A DNA stretch of 64,000 nucleotides from Candidatus Marinacidobacterales bacterium (GTDB lineage: Bacteria > Acidobacteriota > Vicinamibacteria > Marinacidobacterales > DATDRI01), in NCBI GenBank assembly GCA_965219415.1, contig CBDCNP010000002.1, positions 2,112,001 through 2,176,000 on the forward strand. The letters run 5' to 3'. Positions 10,702 through 22,549 of the stretch are shown piece by piece (position 1 is the first letter of the stretch; the number at the start of each line of letters is the position of its first letter). The position numbers and the translations under genes are program-made. The notes under the pieces were generated by a model. The model did not search any database. It saw nothing but the letters and a program-made list of their open reading frames with translations, and had not been told where the DNA came from.

Positions 10702-11565
10702 CTAGTCTCCTATTTCGAAGGTACCCTCCGCCACGACCACTGCCTCTCCGGTAACGTAGACCTCCCGGCGGTTTCGCCAATCGACCTCGAGTTGGCCTCC
10801 CGGACATTCGACGGTGACCCGATCGTCGGTCTTGCCGTTCAACATGGAGGCCACCGCTGCGGCAGCCGATCCAGTCCCAGAAGCCTCGGTCTCGCCCGCG
10901 CCACGTTCCCAGATGCGCATTGCGATTTCGGAACGACTGCGAACCGAAACGAACTCTGCGTTGGTTTTCCGGGGGAAACGGACGTGGCCCTCGATGACAG
11001 GACCCAACTCGAGCACAACGTCGCGATCGAGGCGGTCGACGAAGACGACGCAGTGTGGATTTCCCATCGACACCGCGGTGATCTCGAGAGTGCGTCCGGC
11101 GACCTCCAAAGGGACGCCCACTACCGGCTCTTGCGGTGGATCTATTTGAAACGGAATCTCCTCGCTCGCCAACCGAGGCGCGCCCATCTCAGCTTTGAAT
11201 ATGACTCGCGAACCGGCCGCCTCGATGAACTCCAGCGTGCGCGTGCCGGAACCTGTCTCGACGACGATAGCGCCATCCTTCGCTAGGCCGGAAAGCCTCA
11301 GGTAGGCACCCAAGCAACGTAGACCGTTGCCGGATATCTCCGCATGGCTGCCGTCCTGATTGAGAAGGGTCATGGAAAAGGGCTCGCTTTCCGCCGTTTC
11401 GAAGACGACGAGCCCATCGGCACCGATACCCCGCCGGCGAGAGCACATCGCCCGCGCCACCGCAGGCCACGCGTTAGGTGTCGGCAGCTCCTTCCGATCC
11501 ACGATCAGAAAGTCGTTCCCCAGCGCGTGCGTCTTGGCGAACTTGACGCGCTTAGAAGCGGTCAT
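10702..11565 (-). CDS. dapF: Diaminopimelate epimerase
   Basis: HALGNDF, GIGADG, EISGNGLRC, SMGNPHCV, WERGAGETEASGTG. Confidence 0.9.
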   Translation of the reverse strand: MTASKRVKFAKTHALGNDFLIVDRKELPTPNAWPAVARAMCSRRRGIGADGLVVFETAESEPFSMTLLNQDGSHAEISGNGLRCLGAYLRLSGLAKDGAIVVETGSGTRTLEFIEAAGSRVIFKAEMGAPRLASEEIPFQIDPPQEPVVGVPLEVAGRTLEITAVSMGNPHCVVFVDRLDRDVVLELGPVIEGHVRFPRKTNAEFVSVRSRSEIAMRIWERGAGETEASGTGSAAAAVASMLNGKTDDRVTVECPGGQLEVDWRNRREVYVTGEAVVVAEGTFEIGD

Positions 11566-12161
11566 TTCGCTTCTTCCTCAGATCCCTCGGGGACGGATGC
11601 CTCGAGCAACGCGTCCGCAGAGCCAGAACTCGCGCGCCGCCTCACGTAAACGAGAGCCGCGCCATCGTATAGCGCATGCGCCAAAGCGGGGACAAACAGA
11701 TTTCCGCTTGCCTGGTACAAGGCGCCCAGGAGAAGCCCCATGCCGGTGGCCCAGACTGCCAACGGCCACAGTTCTCGACTCGGGCCGTGAAGCAGCCCGA
11801 AGACCGCGCTCGCAATCCAAATGCCGAACTCGTCCTGCAGTACGCCTCTGAACAGTAGCTCCTCTCCCAACCCCGCCAGCGCGGCGACGATGAGAAGATC
11901 GAAAACGGAGGCTCGACGGAAGAGAGGGAAGACTTCCGATTCCAGGAAAGCGTGGACCGCGGCAGGATGTCCGGTCCGCCTCCCGACAAAGTAAAGGAAG
12001 AAGTTCGCGGCCAGAAAACCGGCGGTCGCGAGAAGTGCCGCCCCAAGGGAGTCGACGTCGACCCAAAAGGGAATTTGAACGCCGCGCAACCAGGCCCACG
12101 CCATCGCCAAGATCGCGAGACTCCCTTCTCCGAGCATCAACCAACGAAGGGGCGCCTTCAT
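11562..12161 (-). CDS. CPBP (CAAX/Abi) intramembrane metalloprotease
   Basis: GEELLFRG, FGLLH, AHALYD. Confidence 0.9.
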   Translation of the reverse strand: MKAPLRWLMLGEGSLAILAMAWAWLRGVQIPFWVDVDSLGAALLATAGFLAANFFLYFVGRRTGHPAAVHAFLESEVFPLFRRASVFDLLIVAALAGLGEELLFRGVLQDEFGIWIASAVFGLLHGPSRELWPLAVWATGMGLLLGALYQASGNLFVPALAHALYDGAALVYVRRRASSGSADALLEASVPEGSEEEAK

Positions 12162-13198
12162 TTCTTTGTTTCGGAATCTTGGATTTCCGGGGCAATCGGA
12201 AAGTTGCCGAACCCGTAGATCTCGGGGCTATCCATTCCCGAGATCATGTGTCGCCAGGTGTTGGCCCCGTCCGAGGTCTTGAAGACCCCGCGCTTCGTGC
12301 CGACGATGACGTCGCTACCGCCGAGAGCATCCGGGGCCGGAATGGAAAATGTGAGGACGTTCTCTTTCTCGAGCTCTTCGGAAGCCGACTCCCAATTTTC
12401 GCCCACATCGTGCGAGACGAAGAGTCCTTCGTCGGTCCCGGCGAAGAGTGAGCTCCCCCACCAATAAATGGCGGGCACACGCCGTTGAGCCCAATCCGAT
12501 CCCCCGACCGCCTCGAAGTGTTCGCCTGCATCGCGACTCCGATACACCCCTCCGCCCTCCAAACCGACGAAGACGACTGGTTCCAAACCAAAGTATCGCG
12601 ACAGCGTGACGGAAAGAACGGGAACCGATGGAAGGCCCTCTCCTAGGCGTTCCCAGTTGTCTCCACCGTCGTCCGTCTTAAAGAAACCCTGAGAGGCGGC
12701 GACGAACAGCGAGGGTCCCGGCCAATTCATTGCATACACCGATCCCCCGATGAGGTCTTGGGCGATGTGCTCCCATTTCTCTTCTCCCACCTCCCGTGAT
12801 CGGTACAAACCGTTTCGGGTACCGACAAAAATCACTGGCTCGGCTGGGTAGTAAAGAGACGTGAGAATCGAGACGACTTCACCGCCTTCCCAATTTTCCA
12901 CCTTCCGCCACGATTCCCCAAAATCGTCCGATGTAAAGAGGCCTTCGGGTCCGCCCGCGAATGCCATCGGCCCGAGGCAATGCCAGACGCGGATACTCAG
13001 AGGAAGGCGGTGGCGGAGTGTTTGCCAGTACTCACCCCAACTGTGGGAAACGTAGGGGCCTCGAGAGGTCGACACGAACAAGCGCGCGAGGGATTGCGCG
13101 CCGATTTGCTGAAACGACAGGAAACAGGACAAAACCAACAGGACTAGCGTCCTCGGGCGTATCGTGTTGGTCATTCTTGTGCTCTTCGGCCAATTCAA
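12158..13198 (-). CDS. Secreted BNR/Asp-box beta-propeller protein
   Basis: Signal peptide; repeated SxDxGxxW boxes. Confidence 0.8.
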   Translation of the reverse strand: MNWPKSTRMTNTIRPRTLVLLVLSCFLSFQQIGAQSLARLFVSTSRGPYVSHSWGEYWQTLRHRLPLSIRVWHCLGPMAFAGGPEGLFTSDDFGESWRKVENWEGGEVVSILTSLYYPAEPVIFVGTRNGLYRSREVGEEKWEHIAQDLIGGSVYAMNWPGPSLFVAASQGFFKTDDGGDNWERLGEGLPSVPVLSVTLSRYFGLEPVVFVGLEGGGVYRSRDAGEHFEAVGGSDWAQRRVPAIYWWGSSLFAGTDEGLFVSHDVGENWESASEELEKENVLTFSIPAPDALGGSDVIVGTKRGVFKTSDGANTWRHMISGMDSPEIYGFGNFPIAPEIQDSETKK

Positions 13199-13653
13199 CT
13201 CACGAGCCCCCGTCGGCTATCCAAGATGAGGGTCACCGGGCCGTCATTGACGAGTGAGACTGCCATCATCGCACCAAACCTGCCGGTCGCAACCGAAAGC
13301 CCTTCGTCCCGGCGGAGCAACTCGACGAACTGCTGGTAGAGACCTTCCGCCTTGTCTGGGGGGGCGGCCTTGTCGAAGCTCGGACGACGTCCTTTGCGAC
13401 AATCGCCGAGCAACGTGAACTGAGAAACCACCAAAGCAGATCCCACAGCCTCCTTGATGGAAAGGTTCATTTTACCGTGCGCGTCCGGAAAGATTCTGAG
13501 CGACCCGATCTTCTCGGCCAGCCACTTGGCGTCCGCTTCGTGGTCTTCACCGGCTACCCCGAGAAGGATCAACAGCCCCTTGCCGATCTCCCCAACCGTC
13601 TGCTCGTCGACTAGAACCTGCGCCGACGTGACCCGCTGCAGGACGGCTTTCAT
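13195..13653 (-). CDS. dtd: D-aminoacyl-tRNA deacylase
   Basis: [25 protein letters not shown]. Confidence 0.95.
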   Translation of the reverse strand: MKAVLQRVTSAQVLVDEQTVGEIGKGLLILLGVAGEDHEADAKWLAEKIGSLRIFPDAHGKMNLSIKEAVGSALVVSQFTLLGDCRKGRRPSFDKAAPPDKAEGLYQQFVELLRRDEGLSVATGRFGAMMAVSLVNDGPVTLILDSRRGLVS

Positions 13654-13674
13654 ATTTCTTTACTCATGTCGGCG

Positions 13675-15439
13675 TCACCCGTCAGGAGGTCGTCGCTCTC
13701 GAACGCCGAACGCCCTCAGGACGTCGAGCAAGCTCACCACGCCTTCGAGGGTGTGAATGTTGGCGCGGGATACCGGAAGCAGATCAAAACCGGTGGAGCC
13801 CATGCGCTCCAAGGCCAAGTCGAGGGAGTGGTCGGGATGCACGTGAGGAAAGCGCCTCCACTCGACGAGAGTCTCGATTTTCTTTTCACCCTCGCCTTCC
13901 TTGGCTGCGCCATCCAATTGAACGAGCGACACGACGCCCCAAACACCCTTCTCGTCAGCCACCGGCCATGCAGAAAGACTGCTCCGACTCCCCTTCTCGA
14001 GCGCCTCGTCCACCGTCATTTGAGGCGAGAGCAGCTCGACCGGCGCATGCATTGCCAGCCTCACCGCTAGATGTCGCTTCCCGGTCTCCGTCGCCGGCAG
14101 GTGAATGCCTTCCTGTAGCGCAAGGGCTTCGTAAATCGGTTGACGTTGCAATTTGTACGAAACAAAAAAACTAATGAGATTCGAGATCATCAGAGGAACG
14201 ATGATGGCGTAGTCGTGGGTGACTTCGAAGATCATGATCACCGAGGTCATCGGCACTCGCAAGATTCCGGCAAAAGCGGTTCCCATGCCGACCAATGCAT
14301 AAGCACCAGGAGTGGCGGTGTACTCTGGAAAGAGAAAATTCGCCACACTCCCTACGATCCCGCCAACCATCGCCCCGATGAAAAGGCTGGGACCGAAAAT
14401 GCCACCGGCGTTACCCGAAGCGTAAGACGTCACGACCGCTATCAGCTTCAACACCACGAGTATCGCCATCATCTGGATGGGCCATCTTTCCATTAAGGGC
14501 ATCGCCCACCGAGGCGTAACCCACCCCGAGAACCGCCGGCACGAAGAAGCCCAGCCCGCCGACCACCAGCCCACCCACCGCGGGCTGGACCCAGCGCGTC
14601 TTGCGAGGCATGTTTAAAAACCGCTCACACATTCGGAGAAGAGTCTTGACGAACAGGACCGACACCAGACCACCGATCAAACCGAGGAGCGCGTAGATCG
14701 CAAACTCTATGGGGTGAACGACTTGGTACTCGGGAACGTGAAAGAGGGGCTCATCGCCCAAACTCAACCGAAGGACCAGCCAGGAAGCCGCAGAGCCCAA
14801 GACCACGAAGCCCAACCCCCGAGCATGAAGGTTACCGACCACTTCCTCCATGGCGAACAAGACGGCGGCGATGGGTGTATTGAAGGCCGCGGCAAGTGCC
14901 GCCGAAGACCCCACTGGCAGCAACGACTGAATCTTTTCACGGGACAGCCCGAGCGTTCGTCCCAAAACGGACGCCACGCCCGCACCCATCTGAACCGACG
15001 GGCCTTCACGGCCTAGAGCGATCCCGCTGGCGAGAGAAGCGGATGAACAAAAAAACTTCCCGAAGACGGTCCGGAAGCTTATGAACCCGCCCTGGGCGAA
15101 AAGGGCAGCCTTGGTTTGGGGAACGCCGCTACCGCGCGCCTCAGGGAAAAACCGATAGAGCAGAATGCCGGTACCGAGAGCACCGACGATAGGGACAAGA
15201 ACGCGCCTCCAGGACTCTCCGTCCGGGGGATAAAGCGCCTCGCCCAACCCCTCGGTAACTTTGATGAAGGCCACCACCACCAACCCCACCAACGCACCGA
15301 TGAAGAGCGTGAGTACGAGGAAGACCTGATCTTCATTCCTCTCGGTGAGCTCTCGGACGCGCTCCTGTAGGCGGTGTCTCCAGCTTGCGGGGATCGGTTC
15401 GGTCGGCGCAGTGCTCATCGTCTGGGAAAAGCCAGACAT
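13675..15439 (-). CDS. ClC chloride channel/antiporter with CBS domains, frameshifted near 14480
   Basis: GSGVP, GREGP, GGIFGP motifs; extra C in GCCCATC. Confidence 0.85.
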
Positions 15440-15497
15440 TATACACCTTTGGAGCGCCCGCGAGCGGAACCAACGGAGAGAAAGTGGTGGACGAAAC

Positions 15498-17692
15498 CTA
15501 TCGAGTAGGCTTCACAGTACGAAGGGCTTTTAGGACCTGCTCGGGTGTCTGGAATCGCTCGTTGGGATCCTTTTTTCAAGCAGCGCATGACGATCGACTC
15601 GAGAGCGGGCGGTACATCCGGACGAAGGGTCTTCAAGCGACGCGGCTTCGTGTGCACGTGGTGATAGAGGATCTCACCTTCGACGAAAGGCGGCTCGCCG
15701 GCCAAGAGGTGGAAGACCGAGCCGCCAAAGGCATAAAGGTCGGTGCGATAGTCGACGGGTTTTCCAAGAATTTGTTCGGGCGCCATGTAGAGAGGTGTCC
15801 CGCTGGCCCGTTGGCTGCCCTCGTTCTTGGACTCTTGCAAGATCTTTGCGAGGCCGAAGTCGGCGATCTTGACGACGCGTTTTCGCGTCAGCATCACGTT
15901 GCTAGGCTTGATGTCGCGGTGAATCACACCGTTCCCGTGCGCATGGGTGAGTGCCCTCAGGACTCCAATCATGAAATGCAAGACGGCATTGATGGGTAAC
16001 TCGTCCTCGCGCTCCAAGATCCTGTAGTAAGACACTCCCTCCACGTACTCCATGATGATGTAGAGGCGACCGCGATCGATGCCGAGGTCGTGTATGGCTA
16101 CGATGTTCGGATGAGATAGCTTGGCAGCGGAACGCGCCTCGCGCAGGAATCGTTCACGGATCTCCTCGACCTCCATGAACTGTTCCATCAACATCTTGTA
16201 GGCCACCACCCGGTCTAGGAGGCGATCGTCCGCACGATAGACGATACCCATTCCGCCCGCACCCAGTTTCTCGACGAATTCGTAGCGATCCCCTCCACCT
16301 ATCTCTGTTTGCAGAACCGTATCCAAGGACTCGGGGGCCGCCTTTCGATCGGGTGACACTTTCTTTTCCAACTCTTGAAGTTTTCCAACCGCGTCCCGAT
16401 AGTCGTAGTCCTCGGCGACGATGCTACGAAGGATTTCGCACGCCTCGTCGATGTCGCCCATCTCCTGGGAGGCCTCGGCCAGTGCGTAGTAAACGTCCAT
16501 GTTCCCGGAATAGAGTGGTTGGTCACCGAGCGCCTTCCGAAGCTTTTGGACCGCCACGCCCGGCAGGCCGCGCTCCATTAAATGCTCCGCAAGCTCCACC
16601 AAGGACGCCGGATATTCCGAACTGTCGGGCCTCACCTTCTGCAGGTGCGCGATGGCCTGATCGACCATCCCCGCCTTCTTCGCGGCGACGGCAGCCCGAT
16701 AGTAGTCGCCAGCCTCTCCGAACATTCGCGCCGCTTGGCCCATGTCCCCGGCCTTTTCGTAAAGGGCCGCGGTTTGTTCATAGTCTTGACAGCGGCCGAA
16801 CATCTCGGCGGCCCGCGCCACCTCGCCGATCCGCTGGTAGGCGTCGGCGGCCTGCCGGTGCGCACCCGAGTGTTCGTAGCATCTAGCCGCGTCCAGATAG
16901 TTGCCGGCTTCTTCATACACTTCGGCGGCCCGCAACGGATCTCCACCCAGCAAAAATTCCACCGCCGCTTCGTTCTTCTGATCCCGCTTGTAGAGGGACT
17001 CGCCTCGCATTTGGGCGGCGCGCACGCGATCACCGGCCTGGGCGTAGACGTCGGCGGCTCGGTCTACGGCACCGGCGCGTTGATAAAGATCGGCCGCCTT
17101 GACGTAGCGACCGAGCTTCGCATAAAAGAGCCCCCGATTGTTCCCAATGCTCTCCCCGCTCCAGAATCTCGGCCGCTTGTTCGAGGAGACCCGCTCTCTC
17201 GAAGGCGAGCCCGGCGAGGCGGCAATAACGAACGAACTCGGCGTGGTCGGTTGGAGAGCGTGTCCCGGCCAAACTACCGAAACGATCTTCGAGATGGTTC
17301 CGGTAGTTCTCGGCAGCTCTCTTGTTGTCGCCGGCCTGGGAGCAGACCTCCGCCGCTTTTTCGAAGTGGCCGACCCGCTCGAAAGCGGAGGCCGCCTCGG
17401 TCAAGGCGCCGGCCTTGAGCAACAGCCGCGCCGACTCATAGTTTTGCCCTTGGCTTTGAAAAATCTCTGCCGCGTCGCGGAATCGTCCCTGCTCTTCCAG
17501 CGTCTTGGCGGTCTGCTGCCAATCACCCCCTTGGATGGCAGGATCGGTAAGGGCAGAGGTCCCTTTGCCCCGGCGGAGACGGCTGAATATCTTTTTCTTC
17601 CAGCCCGGACCGTCCTGAGACGCGGCCAGCAGACCACAAGCGGATGCCGCCAGTAGGCCGAGGACGCTCAGGCCTGGCTCAATCACGGGCAT
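15498..17692 (-). CDS. TPR/SNAP-like repeat Ser/Thr protein kinase, frameshifted near 17125 and 15573
   Basis: LGAGGMGIVY, VAYK, IHRDIKPSN, DFGLA, GTPLYMAPEQ; N-terminal helical repeats. Corrected end CLKKDPNERF...KPTR*. Confidence 0.85.
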
Positions 17693-18023
17693 CGATATCC
17701 TTACGCACGGCCCCGCCGCGCAGAATCGTTCCCGGAGGATGTCAATTTGGAAATGGGAGGCACTCCCCACCATTATACCGGACAGGTAAACCGATCCCTA
17801 CCAGCGTTGAGCACGAGTCTCGGCCGTTAGAAAAAAGTCCTTGATGGTCAATGAATTGGCGAGGGAGAGGCTTTCTTTCTAATGGCCATTGACACTCACC
17901 GGTCGCCGCTGCTAGAGTCCCCTCACCCAGCCCGCTGGCTCGACCTCAACTGAGTCTCCCCTTTGAAGCCAGAGCCCAAGAAGTGTGCGAACCTAACAGG
18001 GTGCGCGTTCGGGGGAATAGAGC

Positions 18024-18893
18024 ATGGGCAGGAAGGTTTCGCTCTCCGCCTTTCTGGCGCTCGGGCTCGCGTTTGCCGGTTCATCGTGGGCCGATGAAGT
18101 CTTCGACGCCTCGGGCTTCGTTCAAAATCGCGACTTCTTCAGCCAGCTTCCGTACGAGCATATCGATCCCCTGAGCGGGAATCTTGTACTGACGTTCACC
18201 GATTTGGTATTGCCCGGCAACGCGGGCTTCGACCTCCGCATCCAACGGACTTATAACAGCAAGATTTACCGAAGCTTTTCCACGTCCGGGGATTTGCTCG
18301 ACGAGGATTCCCCTGCCGGGGTCGGCTGGACGATGCACCTCGGCCGCGTGCTCAATCCTGAAGCTCTCGGTGCCCCGCCCGTCATTGAAATGCCCGATGG
18401 CCGGCGCCAACGAGGCCACACCCATGTGGACGGAAGCGGCCAGTTCATAACCAAAGAATACTGGGTGTATGACGCTAACAGCATGCCTCCCGTCCTGAAG
18501 CTCCCCAACGGACTGACCTACTCGTTCGGACACTTAGTCACACTTCCTGGGCTCGGCAAAGTCCGGTATTGTCACCGAAATCTCCGATCCCTTCGGCAAC
18601 CGAATCGATGTCGAATACCATAGGTGAAGGTGACGACACGCTTTACGCTCCCGCTCAGCCATTGGGTGACGCGGGAGAGCCCCTCCGCTGGAGCGTTCGA
18701 GCTCGTTCCGGATAACGCCACCCGCCGCAGCGTCCGAACTCTTCAGTACCTCTCTGGCGGAACCACCCATACTTGGACTTACTCGCATACTACCGCCACG
18801 TTTGCCGGCGTTCAGCACGGCCTCCTTACCGAGGTAAAGCCCCCGGTCGGCCCTTCCTGGAAGTATCGATACAACTTCCGGAACTACAGTTGA
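18024..18893 (+). pseudogene. Signal-peptide Rhs/YD-repeat protein, N-terminal remnant (frameshift, internal inversion, truncation)
   Basis: EHIDPLSGNLVLTFTDL..LRIQRTYNSK..GVGW, ISDPFGNRIDVEY, LLTEVKPPVGPSWKYRY. Confidence 0.75.
18619..18710 (-). other. 92-bp micro-inversion inside the Rhs gene
   Basis: Reverse complement reads GTSSNAPAEGLSRVTQWLSGSVKRVVTFTY and joins DVEY to DNATRR in frame if one duplicated base at each junction is removed. Confidence 0.8.
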
Positions 18894-19020
18894 GCTTGTT
18901 TCGAAGAACGGCGACCGTCGCTGGACGGTCGAAATAGATGAACTCAGTAAAGAGCCAATCACCAAGTAGTCACCACATCACGTACAATTGCTAGGAGTCC
19001 TGCGTTAGGTCCCCAAGGCT

Positions 19021-19668
19021 GTGTCTGACATTCAGATCGACGCGCCCAGCCATTTTGGCTCCGCCGAGCGTGTGATCATCAACCTCTTCGGAATCCTAGG
19101 ACTGCCGATGGGGTTCAGCCTGCTATTCACACCCCTCGTGTTGCTTGCGCTCCCCGCAAGCGATCGGACTCCGGCAGTGTTCTTGTCCCTAGCATCTGTA
19201 TTTGTCATCGGTGGACTGTTACCTCTATTTTTCTTTCCCGTCCTAATCGGCAACCCCTACGTGGCCCGCATCGTCTCGAAGTATCCGGCGGCGCCTCGCG
19301 CTCGAGAGGGGGCTTTTCTCGTGCAGGCCATTATGAACCCTAGACTGGTCACCGGCTGGGATGCCGTCGTCGAGGACGCGGATGATTTTGGGTGGCTGGA
19401 GTCGGATGCCGGAGAATTCCGGTTCATAGGAGATCACGTCAAGCTCGCTGTTTCTTATGAGAACGTCGCGAACGTACGATTCCAGAATATCGGATGGCGG
19501 GGGCTCTGGCTGATTGGAAATCGGATTCGTTTCGACTTTACGACGCCTGTACATCAGTTCGACGGCGTAGAGCTTGCTGCCCGCGAGGGAATTAATCTCA
19601 TCACGGCTAAGATTGCGTCTAGAAAACTCACTCACCACGTGAAGGAACTACCAATTCATTTCGATTAA
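19021..19668 (+). CDS. Hypothetical membrane protein in the Rhs/immunity cassette
   Basis: Two N-terminal TM helices plus a soluble domain; 215 aa ORF. Confidence 0.6.
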   Translation: MSDIQIDAPSHFGSAERVIINLFGILGLPMGFSLLFTPLVLLALPASDRTPAVFLSLASVFVIGGLLPLFFFPVLIGNPYVARIVSKYPAAPRAREGAFLVQAIMNPRLVTGWDAVVEDADDFGWLESDAGEFRFIGDHVKLAVSYENVANVRFQNIGWRGLWLIGNRIRFDFTTPVHQFDGVELAAREGINLITAKIASRKLTHHVKELPIHFD

Positions 19669-19785
19669 CGGCGCTGAGGAGTCGGGGCGTCGCAGCCTTC
19701 GAGGGCAGGCTTGTCGTGCTCCTTCCTCTGGACCAGCTATGGATCCTAAGAACGGCCACTTGAAAGACGACCAGGAGTTTCTACG

Positions 19786-20146
19786 ATGACCTCCGAGGCC
19801 GACATTGAGGCGAGTTTCGAGGGGCATGCGGCACGGAATGAGGAACTCTTGAAGCTATTGCGCGAGAAGGGCGTCAGTGTCAATAAATCCCGTTCTGTTG
19901 AACATCACTGCTGGGCTAGTGACCAGGAGAATGCGGCACTCCTGGCCAAGAGTCTCTACGCGCGGGGATATTTGGTTCTGGCCATTTGCCCCCCTGAGGA
20001 CGAGAACGGCTCCAAAGCTGTGGAATGTCGAGGCACGTATTGAGCGTACACCTGCAGAAGCAGCGAGTCCCGCTTTGACTGAGGAACTGGTGCGATTAGC
20101 CGCTGAGTACGATTCTTCCTACGACGGTTGGGGGACGCTGATTTAG
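19786..20146 (+). CDS. RraB/DUF695-like protein (putative immunity), frameshifted near 20015
   Basis: LREKGV....RSVEHH ... LAAEYDSSYDGWGT; RBS AGGAG. Confidence 0.65.
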
Positions 20147-20469
20147 TTACCGAGGGTTGGCTACATGGGGGCAGACGTGACCGGCATTCAAAAGAAGCTG
20201 TGCAGCGAGCACGGGGTTCCCTGGAGGGACTCTCCATCCAACCTGAAGGTCGGCATTGCTGACAACGTGAGAACGGGGCTCTTGCCCATCAATGGCCTTC
20301 GTCACCCTCCAGAAGGTGACACGACAGGGTGGTATATCTGGGCTGGGGAGGAACTATCGACCACTCCCGATTTCTTCAAGGCTTTGCACGTAGAACACCT
20401 GGCGGAGTGGTGCCCGCGTGTCATGAAGTTCTTGGAACTACCGCCGAGCTGAAGGTTCTTGGTAGGAGG

Positions 20470-21837
20470 GGATGTGTCCCGAGGTCCGTGGAAAAAGAAC
20501 GGCGCCCTCCACTCCGTCATCAGAGTATCATATCAGGCGGCAACCTCCGCGCGTTCGAGAACCTCGCTCAGACGTTGGTAGCCGTCGATGCGTCGTAGTT
20601 GAATCTGGCCAGAGGCGATAAGCCCAAACAGCAAAGCGACCGCAGACTCCTCGCTGGAGAACGACGCTTGGGTTTTCGTCCGGCGTCGAAACTCGCGGTT
20701 GAGATTCTCCAGAGCTTTGGTCGTTCGAATCGATTTCCACATGGCACGAGGGAATTCGTAGAAGGTCAGCAGCTGATTACCGGCCTCCTCTAGGCTTCGG
20801 ACGACGGCCGGCGCGAGAGGCGTCCACTTGGCGACGAGCTCGTCATAGGCTTTGCGAGCATCGAACCCGTTCTTGGCGTAGACGATCCGGTTGTGGTCAC
20901 GCCGGAGCTCACGGCGTGCGTGCGCCGGGCAATGTTGGAGCAAGTTGGCGCGCTTGTGCTCGGTACATCGCTGCAACCGGCACCCCGGCCACTTCTCCAG
21001 CGCTTTCGTCAGCCCCTTGTGGCCGTCGCTGATCACTAGCTTGGGAGCCCGGAGTCCTCGAGCCTGGAGTCCCTCCAGCACGGAGCCCCAATGCGTCGAG
21101 GCTTCGCTCACCGCCAGACGCAATGACAACAGACGTTTGTGCCCGTCTGGCGCGACCCCGAGCGCGGTCAGTACGGGTACGCTGATCACACGTTTCGCCA
21201 TCCGCACTTTCAGGTGGAAGCCGTCCAGGTAAACGATCGCGTAGACCTCCTCGCTGAGAGCACGGTTCTGCCATTCCTCGAAGCGCTCCTTCAGCCGGCT
21301 AACCACGCGAGACACCGCGCTCTTCGATAGGTGCTCCTCACCGAGCAGTGGTTTCAGCGCTTTGCGGACCCGGCGGGCTATTCGCGCCCGACAAGTACGT
21401 CCCCAAGACCGCCTCGTCGACCTCACGAGTCCGGCGCGCGTACCGGGGCAACAGCTCGCTCCTGAACTCTGTCGTCTCTCCCGTTTCCTCGTCTCGCACG
21501 CGGGCTCGTGGCACCCGGAGCTCGCGAGTTCCCACCGACGTCGTCACGCGACGGGTTTCGGCTCCGTTGCGATATCCACGGCGGTCTTCCGCACGCTCGT
21601 AGCTACCACACCCCAGCGCTTGGTTGACTTCTTCCTCGAGCACGACCTCGATCGCCTCCAGTACCCGCATACGCAGCCGAAGTTGGACGAACTCCCGGTA
21701 CTCGCTTACAGACTCCTTCGATATGGTGGTAGGCTTCTTCATGGCGTAATCCTCCTCCTCGCCTTTCCAGGCGCGGTTTCGTTTTGCTTAACCGGAGGTT
21801 ACGCCATTCTTATTTCCACGGGAAGCGGGACGGATCC
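20470..21837 (-). mobile_element. IS256-family element (1368 bp)
   Basis: 8-bp TSD GTAGGAGG (20462-20469 / 21838-21845). Imperfect IRs GGATGTGTCCCG..CCGTGGAAA / GGATCCGTCCCG..CCGTGGAAA. Confidence 0.92.
20533..21742 (-). CDS. IS256 transposase, frameshifted near 21376
   Basis: GYRNG, LRVPRAR, VYLDG, ISDGHKGL, QRCTEHK, ENLNREFRRRTK. Confidence 0.9.
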
Positions 21838-21907
21838 GTAGGAGGCGACTACGAAGACGTGTGGGAGGATTCATCTTTGTTGAACGTGTGACCTCCAGGA
21901 AAAGTGA

Positions 21908-22549
21908 ATGGGGAACACGCGCATAGTGAGAATCTGGGAAGATGGCCGTAACCTGACAACACACGGCCTAGCCGTCCACGGCCAGCATGAGATCAAGTTG
22001 GCGGTGGATGACGACCGCTTAATCAGTGAAGGCAAAGCGTTCCTTGAGACGATGATCGCATACGCGATCGACCATCGACGAATAGCTCCGGACGAGACTG
22101 TCGAGTACGGTTACTGGCTGACCAAGTTTATTGAGATCGCGCCGACCACTCTAGAGACTTGGGAGTATGACGCTCATGGAACACGCTTCGTCAGAGGCGC
22201 TACGCTAACGCTCAGGTACTGGAAGGAGCAACACGAACTGTGCGAAACAGCAGAATCACGATTCTCGCCGCCCCGCCCTGACAGACTCGCTGCGGTGGCC
22301 GCCGGTGTGTTTCAAGGTGAACCGGTTGATGCCGTTAGATACGTGCCAGAAGGCAACATGTCAGGATGGTGCTTTTTCACAGATCGGTATGACGGGAACA
22401 TTAAGTCACTGAATTATGAGCATCTGCATCATGTAACGGCGAATCGTCCCGACCTGGCGAAATACGTCGCACTAGAACCGGGTTTCTGCTTCGACCTCCA
22501 TGAACCCCAGAAAGTGTGGTTCGACGACAGCGCAGCCACCCAACAGTGA
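21908..22549 (+). CDS. Imm33/DUF2185-domain immunity-like protein
   Basis: LTTHGL N-domain; C-terminal AVRY...SGWCFFTD...HLHHV...YVALEPG. Confidence 0.65.
   Translation: MGNTRIVRIWEDGRNLTTHGLAVHGQHEIKLAVDDDRLISEGKAFLETMIAYAIDHRRIAPDETVEYGYWLTKFIEIAPTTLETWEYDAHGTRFVRGATLTLRYWKEQHELCETAESRFSPPRPDRLAAVAAGVFQGEPVDAVRYVPEGNMSGWCFFTDRYDGNIKSLNYEHLHHVTANRPDLAKYVALEPGFCFDLHEPQKVWFDDSAATQQ

Larger units (their letters stand above)
20165..21891 (+). pseudogene. Imm33/DUF2185-like immunity protein split by IS256
   Basis: [20 protein letters not shown]...LHVEHL. Removing the IS gives LPPS*RFLVGGDYEDVWEDSSLLNV (116 codons), with TGA where Trp is expected. Confidence 0.8.

Noticed and set aside
18619-18710. 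Micro-inversions as recombinase-driven phase-variation switches
   Set aside because: No flanking inverted repeats, no invertase nearby, and the extra junction bases prevent clean reversal.
20450-20452. In-frame TGA in the Imm33-like gene as Sec or genetic-code reassignment
   Set aside because: Falls at an expected Trp with no redox motif or SECIS-like hairpin. Many genes here end in TGA and use TGG for Trp.
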